Shown: positions 1 to 9,987, counted from the first letter of the stretch. The stretch: 64,000 nucleotides of DNA from an uncultured Thermoleophilia bacterium (GCA_963717965.1 CAVQXS010000003.1:326896-390895); one strand, 5' to 3'. Translations and numbers: made by a program. The notes: a model not told the origin generated them from the sequence alone.

Positions 1-70
1 CGCCTGGTCGCTCGGCTCGGCCGCCTTCGAGCTCAGCGCCGAGGCCCCGCTCTTCGCCCACGGTCTGGCC

Positions 71-664
71 GTGCTGCGCGCCTTCGCGACCTCGTCGCGC
101 GGCCTCAGCGTCCAGCAGATCGCGACCGGCGCCGGCATGTCGCGCGTCGCCGTCACGCGCATCCTGCCGCACCTCGTCGAGAGCGACCTCCTGCACGCCG
201 ACCCGGACGGCACCTACTCGCTGGGGCTCGAGCTCGTGAGCCTGGCGTCGCGCGTCGGCTGGGTCGACCGCCTGCGCATCGCCGCCCGCACCCACCTCGT
301 GCGTCTGCGCGACGCCACCAAGGAGACCGCCAACCTCATCGTCCTCGACGGCGACCACGCGATCTACGTCGATCAGGTGGAGAGTTCCTTCGCCCTGCGG
401 CACAGCGGCTGGGTGGGTCGCCGCGTGCCACTGGCGGGCACGGCGACCGGCGCGGCCTTCGAGGACCGCACGACCTCGCACGTCGCCAAGGACGCGGTCG
501 AGGCCGGCGTGACCTCCATCGTCTGCGCCATCGACCTGCCCGGCGACGCTGCCGCCGTCGGCATCACCGCGCCGAGTTGGCGGATCGAGGAGTTCGGCGT
601 CGTCCGCGCCCAGCGCATGGTCGAGGCCGTGGCACACGAGATCTCGCAGCGCCTCGGCCAGTAG
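71..664 (+). CDS. IclR-family transcriptional regulator (frame is open back to nt 2, so the true start may lie off-window)
   Basis: N-terminal wHTH (LSVQQIATGAGMSRVAVTRILPHLVESDLL) followed by an IclR-type effector domain pattern (ANLIVLDGDHAIYVDQVES...GTATGAAF). TAG stop. Confidence 0.8.
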   Translation: MLRAFATSSRGLSVQQIATGAGMSRVAVTRILPHLVESDLLHADPDGTYSLGLELVSLASRVGWVDRLRIAARTHLVRLRDATKETANLIVLDGDHAIYVDQVESSFALRHSGWVGRRVPLAGTATGAAFEDRTTSHVAKDAVEAGVTSIVCAIDLPGDAAAVGITAPSWRIEEFGVVRAQRMVEAVAHEISQRLGQ

Positions 665-856
665 CGGGGCGCCGTTCTCACAGGAGCGGCGGCGCGGCAT
701 CGGACGCCGATTGCGTCCGTAATCCGAGACTACAGGCGCCAAGGCTGGGCAGCGACCAGCGCCTCGCCTACGCTTCACGGTCAAGAACGCATCGGCGCCG
801 TCCGCGACCCTCCGGGCCGCCGTGCGCGGCGCCTGAGGCCCGCGAGAGGAGCACCC

Positions 857-2379
857 GTGACAATCATCCTGGACGGCTCGTCGCTCACCGTCGAGAAGCT
901 CGTGCGCATCGCCCGCGAGGGCGAGCAGGTCGAGCTCGACCCGGCGGCGCTCGAGCGCATCAAGGCCTGCCGCGCGATGCTCGAGGAGAAGATCGAGGCG
1001 CGCGAGATCATGTACGGCACCAACACCGGCATCGGCGAGTTCAGCGAGATGGTGCTCGACGACGACCAGGTGCAGCAGTTCCAGCGCTTTCTCGTCTACA
1101 ACCACGCCGCCGGTATCGGCGAGCCGGCGCCGATCGAGGTCGTGCGCGCCGCCATGGCGGCGCGCATCAACGTCCACGCCCACGGCAACTCGGGCAACCG
1201 CCCCGAGATCACGCAGACGCTGGTCGAGCTGCTCAACAGGGGCGTCACGCCGCTGATGAGCTCCAAGGGCTCGGTGGGCGCCTGCGGCGACCTCGCCCCG
1301 ATGGCGCAGATGGCGCTCGTCATGATGGGCGAGGGCGAGTCCTTCTACGAGGGCGAGCGCATGCCGAGCAAGGAGGCGCTCGAGCGCGCCGGCATCCCCG
1401 TCCCGGGGCTGGAGGCGCGCGACGGCCTCGCGACGATCAACGGCTCCAACGTCCTCACGGGGATGAGCGCCCTGCTCTGCTGGGACGCCGACCGCTGGCT
1501 GCGCCAGGCCGAGATCGCCGCGGCGATGAGCCTCGAGGCGCTGCTCGCCAACCTCAAGCCCTACAACGCCAAGCTCCACGAGCTGCGCGGCTTCTCCGGC
1601 GCCGTGCGCAGCGCCGCAGCCATCCGTGCCTGCATCAAGGACAGCGACCTCGCCATCGGCAAGATCAAGACCAAGGTGCAGGACGCCTACTCGATGCGCT
1701 CCACGCCGCAGGTGATCGGCGCCGCCCACGACGCCCTCGCCTGGGCGAAGAGCCAGGTGGAGATCGAGCTCAACGGCGTCGGCGACAACCCGATCTGGGT
1801 GCCCGAGGAGAAGCTGACGCTGACCGGCGCGAACTTCCAGGGCACGCCGGTCAGCCTCCCGATGGAGATGGTCGGCCAGGCGATCACCATGGTCAGCGTG
1901 CTCAGCGAGCGCCGGCTGAACCGCCTCGAGAACCCCGCGACGAGCCAGGGCCTTCCCGACTTCCTCACGCCGAACCCCGGCTTCTACAGCGGCCTGATGC
2001 TCAGCCAGTACACCGCCGACATGCTGATCACGGAGCAGCGGATCCTCTCGGCGCCGGCCGCCACGATGAGCATCCCCGCCGCGGCGGACCAGGAGGACTT
2101 CGTCTCCATGGGCATGAACACCGCCCTCAAGAACCGGCAGATCCTCGAGAACGCCTACGCCGTGCTCGGCATCGAGTTCATGGGGGCGGCGCAGGCCCTC
2201 GACTTCCGCGAGTTCACGCCCGGCAAGGGCGTGCGCACCGCCAAGGAGGTCATCCGCCGCCACGTCGCGCACCTCGACGTGGACCGGCCGCTCTACCCGG
2301 ACCACAACGCGATGGCCGCGCTGGTCGAGTCGGGCGAGATCCTCGACGCGGTCGAGGCGAGGTCGGGCCGCTGGGCTGA
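857..2379 (+). CDS. MIO-dependent ammonia-lyase/aminomutase family protein (HutH/PAL-like); 3' end out of frame
   Basis: GTG start behind GAGAGGAG. Motifs YGTNTGIGEF, GSVGACGDLAPMAQMAL, INGSNVLTG, QDAYSMRSTPQV, GANFQGTP. The frame-2 ORF has no stop until 4105. Frame 1 supplies a plausible C-terminus (..EVGPLG*) ending at 2379. Confidence 0.85.
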
Positions 2380-2447
2380 ACGCCCGCCGGTCGCTGCCCT
2401 CCGCACCGCGACGCGCGATAGACTGGGCGCGGGCAAACGGAGGGCCA

Positions 2448-4067
2448 ATGGACGAACCAGCAGTACGCGCACAGCTCGACGCGGCCGACATCACCGTCGG
2501 CCCACTCCACAGAAACCTGCCGGCGCCGGAGCTCATCGCCCGTTCGCTCGCGCGCGGAGAGGGCATCTTCGCCGCCAACGGCGCCCTCGTCGTGACCACC
2601 GGGGAGCGCACCGGCCGCTCGCCCGCCGACCGCTACATCGTCGACGAGCCGGAGGCCGCCGGCGTGGCTTGGGGCGGCCCGAACCAGCCCTGCACGCCCG
2701 AGTTCTTCGATCGCCAGGTCCGGCGCGTGAGCGACTACCTGCGCCGTCGCGAGGTCTACGTCTTCGACGGCTTCATCGGCGCGGAGCCCACGTATCGCAC
2801 CCCGATCCGCGTCGTCGCCCGGGCTTCGTGGCACGGCCTGTTCGCGCACACCCTGTTCGTCCGCCCCGAGCCCATCGACCTCGAGGACTTCGAGCCGGCG
2901 TTCACCGTCATCGCCTGCGGCGAACTGCCCGTGGACGCGCGGCCCGAGGAGCCCGATGGCACGGACTCGGGCCCCGGCGACCGGCCGTCTCCGGTCTTCG
3001 TGGGCGTCTGCCTGAGCCGGCGCCTCGTCATCATCCTGGGCACCATGTACGGCGGCGAGATGAAGAAGTCCATCTTCAGCGCCATGAACTTCCTCCTGCC
3101 CGGACGCAACGTCCTGCCGATGCACTGCTCGGCGACGGCCGGGCTCAAGGGCGACGCGGCCCTCTACTTCGGCCTCTCCGGGACCGGCAAGACGTCGCTC
3201 TCCGCCGACCCCACGCGGCGCCTCATCGGCGACGACGAGCACGGCTGGAGCGACCACGGCGTCTTCAACTTCGAGGGTGGCTGCTACGCCAAGGTCATCC
3301 ACCTGTCGCCCGTCCACGAGCCGCAGATCTTCGAGGCGATCCGCTTCGGCTCTATCCTCGAGAACGTGATCATCGACCCCATGACGCGCGCCATCGACTG
3401 GGACGACGACTCGATCACCGAGAACACGCGCGCCACCTACCCCGTGAACTACATCCCCGGCGCCATCGAGACGGGCGTGGGCGGCACGCCGCGCAACGTC
3501 TTCTTCCTCGCCTGCGACGCCTACGGCGTGTTGCCGCCCATCTCCCGGCTCACGCCGGAGATGGCCAGCTACCACTTCCTCTCCGGCTTCACCGCCAAGG
3601 TAGCCGGCACGGAGGCCGGCGTCCTCGAGCCCGAGCCCACGTTCTCGGCCTGCTTCGGCTCTCCCTTCATGCCTCGCGACCCCGTGGTGTACGCGGACAT
3701 GCTGGCCGAGCGGCTGCGGACCAGCCCGACGCAGTGCTGGCTGGTCAATACCGGCTGGTCGGGCGGCCCCTACGGGACCGGCCAGAGGATGCCGATCGAG
3801 CTGACGCGCAGCCTGCTCAAGGCTGCGCTCGAGGGCGCACTGGACGACGTGCCCGCGGCTCCGCACCCCATCTTCGGCGTCCACGTGCCGGCGTCGTGCC
3901 CGGACGTGCCCGAGCGCCTGCTCGATGCGCGCGCCACGTGGGCGGACCCGGCCGCCTACGACGCGCAGGCCGCCGCGCTGGCGCGGCTGTTCAACGACAA
4001 CTTCGAGCAGTTCGCCGGCCGCGTGCCGCCCGAGGTCGCCGCGGCCGGACCGCACCTCGCAGGCTGA
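2448..4067 (+). CDS. pckA: phosphoenolpyruvate carboxykinase (ATP)
   Basis: 539 aa, ATG behind GGAGGG. ATP-PEPCK kinase-1a motif GLSGTGKTSLS and family-wide similarity. Confidence 0.95.
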   Translation: MDEPAVRAQLDAADITVGPLHRNLPAPELIARSLARGEGIFAANGALVVTTGERTGRSPADRYIVDEPEAAGVAWGGPNQPCTPEFFDRQVRRVSDYLRRREVYVFDGFIGAEPTYRTPIRVVARASWHGLFAHTLFVRPEPIDLEDFEPAFTVIACGELPVDARPEEPDGTDSGPGDRPSPVFVGVCLSRRLVIILGTMYGGEMKKSIFSAMNFLLPGRNVLPMHCSATAGLKGDAALYFGLSGTGKTSLSADPTRRLIGDDEHGWSDHGVFNFEGGCYAKVIHLSPVHEPQIFEAIRFGSILENVIIDPMTRAIDWDDDSITENTRATYPVNYIPGAIETGVGGTPRNVFFLACDAYGVLPPISRLTPEMASYHFLSGFTAKVAGTEAGVLEPEPTFSACFGSPFMPRDPVVYADMLAERLRTSPTQCWLVNTGWSGGPYGTGQRMPIELTRSLLKAALEGALDDVPAAPHPIFGVHVPASCPDVPERLLDARATWADPAAYDAQAAALARLFNDNFEQFAGRVPPEVAAAGPHLAG

Positions 4068-4137
4068 GACTAGCGAGACGACGTACCGCATCGGTGCAAC
4101 AGTGAGGCTCGTTCAGAGGAAGCGGGGAAGGCGGAAG

Positions 4138-4214
<77 letters not shown>

Positions 4215-4272
4215 GCGGAACCGGGAGTCTAGCACACGGCCTCCGGCGCGGCAAAACGTCTCGCCCGCGGCG

Positions 4273-5556
4273 TCAGGCCGTGCCGGAGCCGCCTGCGTCG
4301 CGCTCCAGTTCGCGCCTCGCCGAGTACCCACTGCGGCGCGACCACGCGGCGTAGTCGAGCATGGCGCGGCCGTACCACGGCCTGCCCGGCAGGCCGTGCA
4401 AGCCGCGCACCTGAGGCGCTGCGAGCGCATCGTCGTAGGCCTCGATGATGCTGCCGATGATGCGGCTCCACGAGAGCTCGGCGGCGGCGGCGCTGCCGGC
4501 GGCGGCGAGCCGACGCCGCTCCTCGCCGTCGCTCAGCAGGCCGAACAGGGCGTCGGCGAGCGCGACGGGATCGCCGGGCGGCGCCAGCCGCCCGGCCTGC
4601 CCGTCGCGCAGCACCGCCCGGTAGCCCGGCAGGTCGGAGGCGACGACCGGCACGCCGGCCGCCATCGCCTCCGCGAGCACGATGCCGAAGCTCTCGGCGG
4701 CGAGCGAAGGCGCGCAGACGACCTGAGCCCGCCCGAGTTGCGCCACCTTCTCCTCGTCGTCGACCCAGCCCAGCGCCTCCACCCCCGCCATATCGACCGA
4801 GAACGGGCTGCCGTTGCGCTCCGTCTCGAGCACCTGCTGGCGAGTGGCTCCCGCGATCACCAGGGTCGTTTGCGGCAAGCGCTCATGCAGCAGCGTGAAC
4901 GCCTGGAGGAGCACGCCCAGTCCCTTCCGGGGCTCGGCGCGTCCGATGAAGAGGATGCGGCCTTGGACCTTGGGCAAGCCCACGCAGGCGGCGTACTTCT
5001 CCACCGGGACGCCGTTCGGGATGATGCGGTAGTCCCCCGGGTAACGACTCGCGGGGAAGGACTTGGCCGCCTCGCTCACCGCGATGCGCACGTCGATGCG
5101 GCGCATGACGAGGTCCGCCAGAAACTTGAGGTTGTCGTACCAGGCCGACTTCTCCAGCGCGGCGTGGAACGTCCCGACGACCGGGCACGTCGCCATCAGC
5201 ACGGCCGCAGGGGCGACCCACGGCGAGCAGGGCTCGTGCACGTGCAGCACGTCGAAGCGCCCATACCGCACTGCGCGGTCAACGCGCCCGAAGATCTTCG
5301 GCGAGACCCACACGTAGGCGCGCGAGCCGTTGGAGGGGACGGGGACCGCCGATCCCATGGGGATGAAGCGCTCGGCCATCGGGTGGCGGCGGCTGTCGAC
5401 GGCGCGCCGCGAGGGCGTGACGGCGCCTACGGGGGCGATGATCCACGGCTCGTGGCCGCGCTCCTCGAGCTCCGCCGCGAGGTGCTCGATGTGGTGGTTC
5501 ACGCCGCCGGGGACGGTCCAGGAGTACGGGGATACGAGCCCTACGCGCATCGGCAC
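4273..5556 (-). CDS. GT4-family glycosyltransferase, PimA-like (phosphatidylinositol mannosyltransferase-like)
   Basis: The N-terminus MRVGLVSPYSWTVPGGVNHHIEHLAAELEERGHE resembles mycobacterial PimA. C-terminal GT-B EX7E region (SLAAESFGIVLAEAMAAGVPVVASD). Confidence 0.8.
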   Translation of the reverse strand: MPMRVGLVSPYSWTVPGGVNHHIEHLAAELEERGHEPWIIAPVGAVTPSRRAVDSRRHPMAERFIPMGSAVPVPSNGSRAYVWVSPKIFGRVDRAVRYGRFDVLHVHEPCSPWVAPAAVLMATCPVVGTFHAALEKSAWYDNLKFLADLVMRRIDVRIAVSEAAKSFPASRYPGDYRIIPNGVPVEKYAACVGLPKVQGRILFIGRAEPRKGLGVLLQAFTLLHERLPQTTLVIAGATRQQVLETERNGSPFSVDMAGVEALGWVDDEEKVAQLGRAQVVCAPSLAAESFGIVLAEAMAAGVPVVASDLPGYRAVLRDGQAGRLAPPGDPVALADALFGLLSDGEERRRLAAAGSAAAAELSWSRIIGSIIEAYDDALAAPQVRGLHGLPGRPWYGRAMLDYAAWSRRSGYSARRELERDAGGSGTA

Positions 5557-5563
5557 ACCGGCC

Positions 5564-6196
5564 TCAGGGTTGGTCTCGATCGAGCCAGAAGCGGTTCCAG
5601 AGGACCCCGGTGGAACCGGGCAGGCCGGCGCCGTGCGACCCGCGCAGGCGCGCGGCGAACAGCACGGTGATCAGTGCCAGAGGACCGAGCGCCCGGCGGG
5701 GACTGCGGTGGATGGCGAGGCTGATCAGCGGCAGGGCGAGCGCCGTCACGGTCACGCTCTCGGCGTGCCGGTGCACCAAGCCGCCGCCGACCAGCGGCAC
5801 GCAGGCGACCGCCATCATCGCGGGGTCCATGGCAAAGGCGGCGCCGAGGGCGCACGCCGCGCCGCGCCCGCGGACGACGGCGATGTGCCCGCACATCGAC
5901 GTGATGCCGAGCGCGGCGACGGTGCCGTGACCGGCGCCGTCCAGCCGTGCCATCATCGCCGGACCGTACGCCTTGAGGGCGTCCAGCGCGAGCACGGCCG
6001 TGCCCGCCTGCCAGCCGACGCTGCGAGCGACGTTGGACGAGCCCGGCTTGCCGTCGCCGAGGTCGTCGAGCCGCTGGCCGGTGACCGCCCGCGTGACCAG
6101 ACGGCCGGTGGGGATGCCGCCGGCGGCGAAGGACGCGGCCGCCCAGGCGAGCGAGCGGGCCGCTCCCCAGCGGCGAGGAGCGCTCGCCTCGGCCGC
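5564..6196 (-). CDS. PlsY-like (glycerol-3-phosphate acyltransferase family) membrane protein; start unresolved
   Basis: My translation of 6196-5996 continues the track ORF 5564..5995 upstream as ..AASFAAGGIPTGRLVTRAVTGQRLDDLGDGKPGSSNVARSVGWQAGTAV-LALDALKAY.. (PlsY-type GSIP / G-x-x-NV-R / D-x-x-K pattern). No ATG/GTG/TTG lies upstream of 5995 in this frame. Confidence 0.5.
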   Translation of the reverse strand, partial: AAEASAPRRWGAARSLAWAAASFAAGGIPTGRLVTRAVTGQRLDDLGDGKPGSSNVARSVGWQAGTAVLALDALKAYGPAMMARLDGAGHGTVAALGITSMCGHIAVVRGRGAACALGAAFAMDPAMMAVACVPLVGGGLVHRHAESVTVTALALPLISLAIHRSPRRALGPLALITVLFAARLRGSHGAGLPGSTGVLWNRFWLDRDQP

Positions 6197-7417
6197 TCAC
6201 CGGGCGGCCGCCCTGCGCAGGAGTTCGCGATAGCGCTCGCCCACGACCGCCGGGGTATGCCGCGCCAGGGCGAGCTCACGCCCCTTGGCGCCCATCTCCC
6301 GGCGCTGCTCGGGCGAGCGCCGCAGGATCGAGGCGAGCCCGGCGGCGACCTGCTGGCTCGAGTGGCCGTCGACGACGAGGCCGGTGTCGCCCTGGACGAC
6401 GGCCTCTGGCGCTCCCCCGGAATCGCCGGCGATCACCGGCAGACCGGCGAGCGCGGCCTCCGCGAACACGATGCCGAAGCCCTCCACCTCCAGGCCGCCC
6501 CAGCGGCTACGGCACGGCGAGGCGAAGACGTCGGCGGCGCGCAGCCACTCCTTCATCGAACGATCGTCGAGCGCACCCGTCAGGTGCACACGCTCGCCGA
6601 CGCCGCGCCTCTGGGCGCGATCGTAGAGGCCGGTGGTGAGACGGCCCTCTCCGATGAGCACGAGGTGCAGTCGCGGGAAGTCGCTGCGCAGCAGCGCCAC
6701 GGCGTCGATGAGCTTGTCCTGGCCCTTGCGCGGCACGAGGCGGCCGACGCACACCACGAGCTGGCCGTCGACGCCGAGGCGCGTGCGCAGCTCCTGCGCC
6801 TCCACTGCAGCGGCCGGGACGAAGTCGTCGACGGGCAGCGGCGGGCGCAGCACCTCCGCGGGCACCCGGCCGTCGGTCTGCTTGCGCGCGGCGTTCGCCG
6901 TGTATTCGCTGACCGTGAGCAGCATCGAGGCGTTGCCGAGCACGTGGCGCAGGAGGTTGTTCACGCCAGGCACGACGCCGGGCAGCGTGACCTCGGCGCC
7001 GCCGAGGAAGACGACGTAGGGCAGGCCGCGCCGCTGGCGCAGCCGCGGGCCGAGGAGTCCTGCCGGCAGCGGATGGCCGAGCTGGATGAGCTCCGCTCCT
7101 TCGCGCTCGGCCATCTGCTCCACCGTGTGCAGCATGGCGTTCGTCGGCCAGAGCACCGAGGTGGAGGCGCGCACGACCGTGTAGGGGTGCGTCGCGTCGA
7201 AGGCGGCGGCGTCGATGTGAGCCGGCGCGAGGATCGCGACCTCGGAGGGGTCGAGCGTACGGATGACGCCCCAGTAGTAGGACTGGGCGCCGCCGATGCG
7301 AGGCGGGAAGTCGTTGGTGACGAAGAGCGTGCGCGGCGCTCGCTCGGCTGTCGTGCTGGCTGCCAGGTCTCCCTCCACTGTCGTCGCGCGGACCCCGGCG
7401 GGGACGAGGTGCTTCAC
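6197..7417 (-). CDS. GT4-family glycosyltransferase (MgtA/Rv0557-like mannosyltransferase)
   Basis: LFVTNDFPPRIGGAQSYYWG N-terminal signature and the C-terminal GT-B motif (EGFGIVFAEAALAGLPVIAGDSGG). Confidence 0.8.
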   Translation of the reverse strand: MKHLVPAGVRATTVEGDLAASTTAERAPRTLFVTNDFPPRIGGAQSYYWGVIRTLDPSEVAILAPAHIDAAAFDATHPYTVVRASTSVLWPTNAMLHTVEQMAEREGAELIQLGHPLPAGLLGPRLRQRRGLPYVVFLGGAEVTLPGVVPGVNNLLRHVLGNASMLLTVSEYTANAARKQTDGRVPAEVLRPPLPVDDFVPAAAVEAQELRTRLGVDGQLVVCVGRLVPRKGQDKLIDAVALLRSDFPRLHLVLIGEGRLTTGLYDRAQRRGVGERVHLTGALDDRSMKEWLRAADVFASPCRSRWGGLEVEGFGIVFAEAALAGLPVIAGDSGGAPEAVVQGDTGLVVDGHSSQQVAAGLASILRRSPEQRREMGAKGRELALARHTPAVVGERYRELLRRAAAR

Positions 7418-7499
7418 TCTACCATGACGCCTGCCCGGGCTCGGCCCGAGCGCCGTGGCGCGTCACGGGCTCTCGGGCCGTAGCACCCTTGACGGGCGG

Positions 7500-9114
7500 T
7501 CAAGAAGAGGTGGACGTCCCGGTCAGAGCCTGGACGACCGCCGCGAGATCTCGTCGGCGTCGACCGGCTTGGTGAGATAGGCGACGGCGCCGGCCGGCGA
7601 GCGCCGCCTCTCGGTGGGCGGCCGGATCACGGCCGCTCAGCACGATGACCGGCACGCCGGCGAGCTGCGGCAAGGCGTGCAGGCGCTGCATCACCACCGT
7701 GCCGTCGCCGCCCGGCAGCCCGATGTCGAGCACCACGACATCCGGCCGCTGCTTGACGGCCGACGTGACCGCCGTCGACCGCGTCGGTCGCGACGGCGAC
7801 CTCGAATCCCCGCCGGCGCAGCGGCGCGGCGAGGGCGACGAGCAGGTCCCGTCGTCGTCGACCAGCAGGACGAGCGCCGGCGTCCGCGCCTCGGCCGCGC
7901 CGGCGTCGGCCTCATCGTCCTCACCCATCGCCGCGCGCAGCGCCGCGAGCAGCTCGTCGGACTGCCACCGGCTTGTCGAGATAGGCCGCGGCGCCGGCGG
8001 CGAGCGCCTCGTCACGATAGCCGCTCCGGATCGCGACCGCTCAGGATCACGACGGGCACGCCCACGAGCTGCGGCAGGGCGTGCAGGCGCTCCATGACCG
8101 CATGCCGTCACCGCCGGGCAGCCCGATGTCGAGGACGATCACCTGCGGCTTGAGCTTCACGGCGACGCAGATCGCGGATGCGTCAGTGGCGACGAGCACT
8201 CGTGCCGCCACGTCGTAGCTCGGACGTCTCGGCGGAAGTCGGCTCGTCGACAGCATCACGCGCTTGCGGCATCAGGAGACCTCCTGGTCCGTCGTCGACC
8301 AGCAGGATGGTCCGCGTACGACGGTCACGCGTCTCCCCGGGCCGGACTCGGAACCGCTCCCGCGGCGGGAGCGTCACGTCCCGTGGTGCCGGCGCCGACC
8401 TCGCTGCCACGCGCGATGCGCCCGCCGTTGCGCGCCACCAGCTCACGGCACACCCACAGGCCGATGCCGAGGCCCGGCGCGCCGCGTCGCCGAGCGCAGC
8501 GCCGCGGAAGCCGAAGTCGAAGACCCGGGCCAGCTCCTCCGGCGAGGCATGCCCGGGCCCGTGTCGGCCACCTCCAGCGTACCGTCCCGTGCTCAGCCGG
8601 CGGCGACGCGCACGGTGACCCTGCCGTCGTCGGCGTGTACGTCTGGGCCGCGTTGCGGAGCAGGTCGGTGACGATCTGGCGCACGTCGTCGCGGTCGGCC
8701 CACGCGAGCAGCGCGCGCGCCGGCTCGTGCTCGACCTCGATGCGCGGCCCCTGCTGGCCGCCGAGCCGCCGCACGGCGAGGACCTCCTTCGACGCACGTC
8801 GGCCGAGCGGCGACCTCGGCCGGCCGACACCGCGCCGGCGGAACAGTCCAGCCAGCCGCTCTCGGTGACGCCGGCGAGCAGACGCTCCAGACGCACGACG
8901 TTACGCTCGAGGATCTCGAGGTACTCGCGCTGCTCGGCCGTGAGCTCGCCGGCGCTGCCGTCAAGAAGCAGGAGAGCGCCGGGTACATCACGGCGAGCGG
9001 CGCGCGCAACTCGTGCCGCACGTGGGACTGTCGTTCGCGTGCGGCCTCGCGCTCGCCGTGCGCGCGCCGTCGTCGGCGGTCTGTGGGGCGTTCCACCCCA
9101 GTCGGTCCAGTCAT
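7500..9114 (-). pseudogene. Hybrid sensor histidine kinase (HisKA-HATPase_c-REC-REC), fragmented over all three frames
   Basis: H-box SHVRHELRAPL near 9024. HATPase G2 box GLGIGLWVCRELVARNGGRI. Two receiver domains (ILLVDDGPG...VIVLDIGLPGGDG and ALVLLVDDD...VVVLDIGLPGGDGTVVMQRLHALPQLAGVPVIVLSG). The pieces are scattered over ORFs 8593..9444, 8183..8896, 8325..8774, 8047..8259 and 7500..8111. Confidence 0.6.
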
Positions 9115-9161
9115 GCTCGTACCTACCCCGGCCGGCCCTGCCGGGACGGCAGGTCGCGGCC

Positions 9162-9632
9162 TCACTCTCCCGGCGAGTCGACCGTCGCTGCCGCGAAGAT
9201 CAGCGACTCGTTGCCGTTCTGGTCGAAGAGCGTGAGTCCGCCGCCCTCCACCTCGTACGACTTCGCCTCCGAGAGCAGCTGCAGGTAGGCTCGTCTCGGC
9301 GCGCATGTCGGGCTCGGGACCGGCCATCATGGTGCTGGCGAGGTCGCCCACGCGAGAAGGCGTCGCCGGGGCCCTCGTGTACGGGCCGCCGTAGGTGTTG
9401 ACCGCGGACTTGCCCGAGATCTGGCCGTTCGCGAACGTCGGCATCGATCGTGAAGTCGTTGGGGTCGAGGCAGCTGAGCGACCATCCGGTCAGGCGCCAG
9501 GACGTGCCGTCGAGCGTCTGCGGCGTCGCCGCCCGGAGCCCCCCGCACGCCGGCGCACGGCACGAGCAGCGCCAGCGCCAGCAGGAGGCCGAGAGCCAGC
9601 GACCGTCGCGGTCGGGCGCGTGTCGTCATCAT
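9162..9632 (-). pseudogene. META-domain (HslJ-like) lipoprotein, at least 3 frameshifts
   Basis: Signal peptide with lipobox LLVPCAG (ORF 9327..9632). META-type segments follow in other frames: TLDGTSWRLTGW, FANGQISGKSAVNTYGGPY, GDLASTMMAGPEPDMRAE, YLQLLSEAKSYEVEGGGLTLFDQNGNESLIF. Confidence 0.55.
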
Positions 9633-9722
9633 GGCATCCCCTTTCGAGCGGGTCGGTCGCTGCCGGGAGACGCCGGGTCGCGGCGCAGCGGTTCGACGTG
9701 CGCCGGTCGGGGAGCGGAAGGC

Positions 9723-9797
9723 TGGTGGGCGATGCTGGATTTGAACCAGCGACTCCCTGCTTGTAAGGCAGGTGCTCTACCCCTGAGCTAATCGCCC
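9723..9797 (-). tRNA. tRNA-Val (anticodon UAC)
   Basis: Reverse complement GGGCGATTAGCTCAGGGGTAGAGCACCTGCCTTACAAGCAGGGAGTCGCTGGTTCAAATCCAGCATCGCCCACCA. Anticodon loop CTTACAA, encoded CCA. Confidence 0.9.
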
Positions 9798-9907
9798 GCG
9801 CGGCTAAGTATACGACGGCCCCGCGCCGCGCAAGACGATGGACACGCTCTCTGCGCGGACGCTCACTCGCAGTCCGGGGTCGCGGCCGAGGGCCTGACCC
9901 TGGACTG

Positions 9908-9947
9908 CAAATGCGGAGGGCAGCCTCTCGGCCGCCCTCCGCATTCG
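9908..9947 (-). terminator. Stem-loop terminator downstream of the pseudopilin operon
   Basis: Perfect 12-bp arms AATGCGGAGGGC / GCCCTCCGCATT (9910-9921 and 9934-9945), followed on the minus strand by TTTGCAG. Lies about 40 nt after the stop at 9988. Confidence 0.6.
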
Positions 9948-9987
9948 TTCGCGCTCAGTCGGCGTCTCGGCGACGCACGATCGACCG

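Noticed and set aside
662-857. The IclR gene ends in TAG, and the following 64 codons are stop-free and in frame with the ammonia-lyase gene.
   Set aside because: In DNA this GC-rich, stop-free spacers are common, and the frame match is a one-in-three coincidence. The spacer translation has no protein-like character, and the lyase has its own RBS and GTG.
857-4105. Apparent 1082-aa fusion of the ammonia-lyase with sequence running through pckA.
   Set aside because: Everything after about residue 500 is low-complexity out-of-frame read-through of pckA, whose true frame is 2448..4067. The cause is a missing in-frame stop, probably a 1-nt indel near 2355.
6197-6199. Idea that TGA is recoded or read through. 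Two downstream ORFs, the PlsY-like gene and dnaA (TGA at 59239-59241), lack start codons and sit in frame behind a TGA.
   Set aside because: TGA is the dominant, clearly functional stop throughout the window, including in many GTGA/ATGA coupled junctions. An indel or base error, or non-canonical initiation, is far more parsimonious. It is kept only as a note inside the relevant findings.
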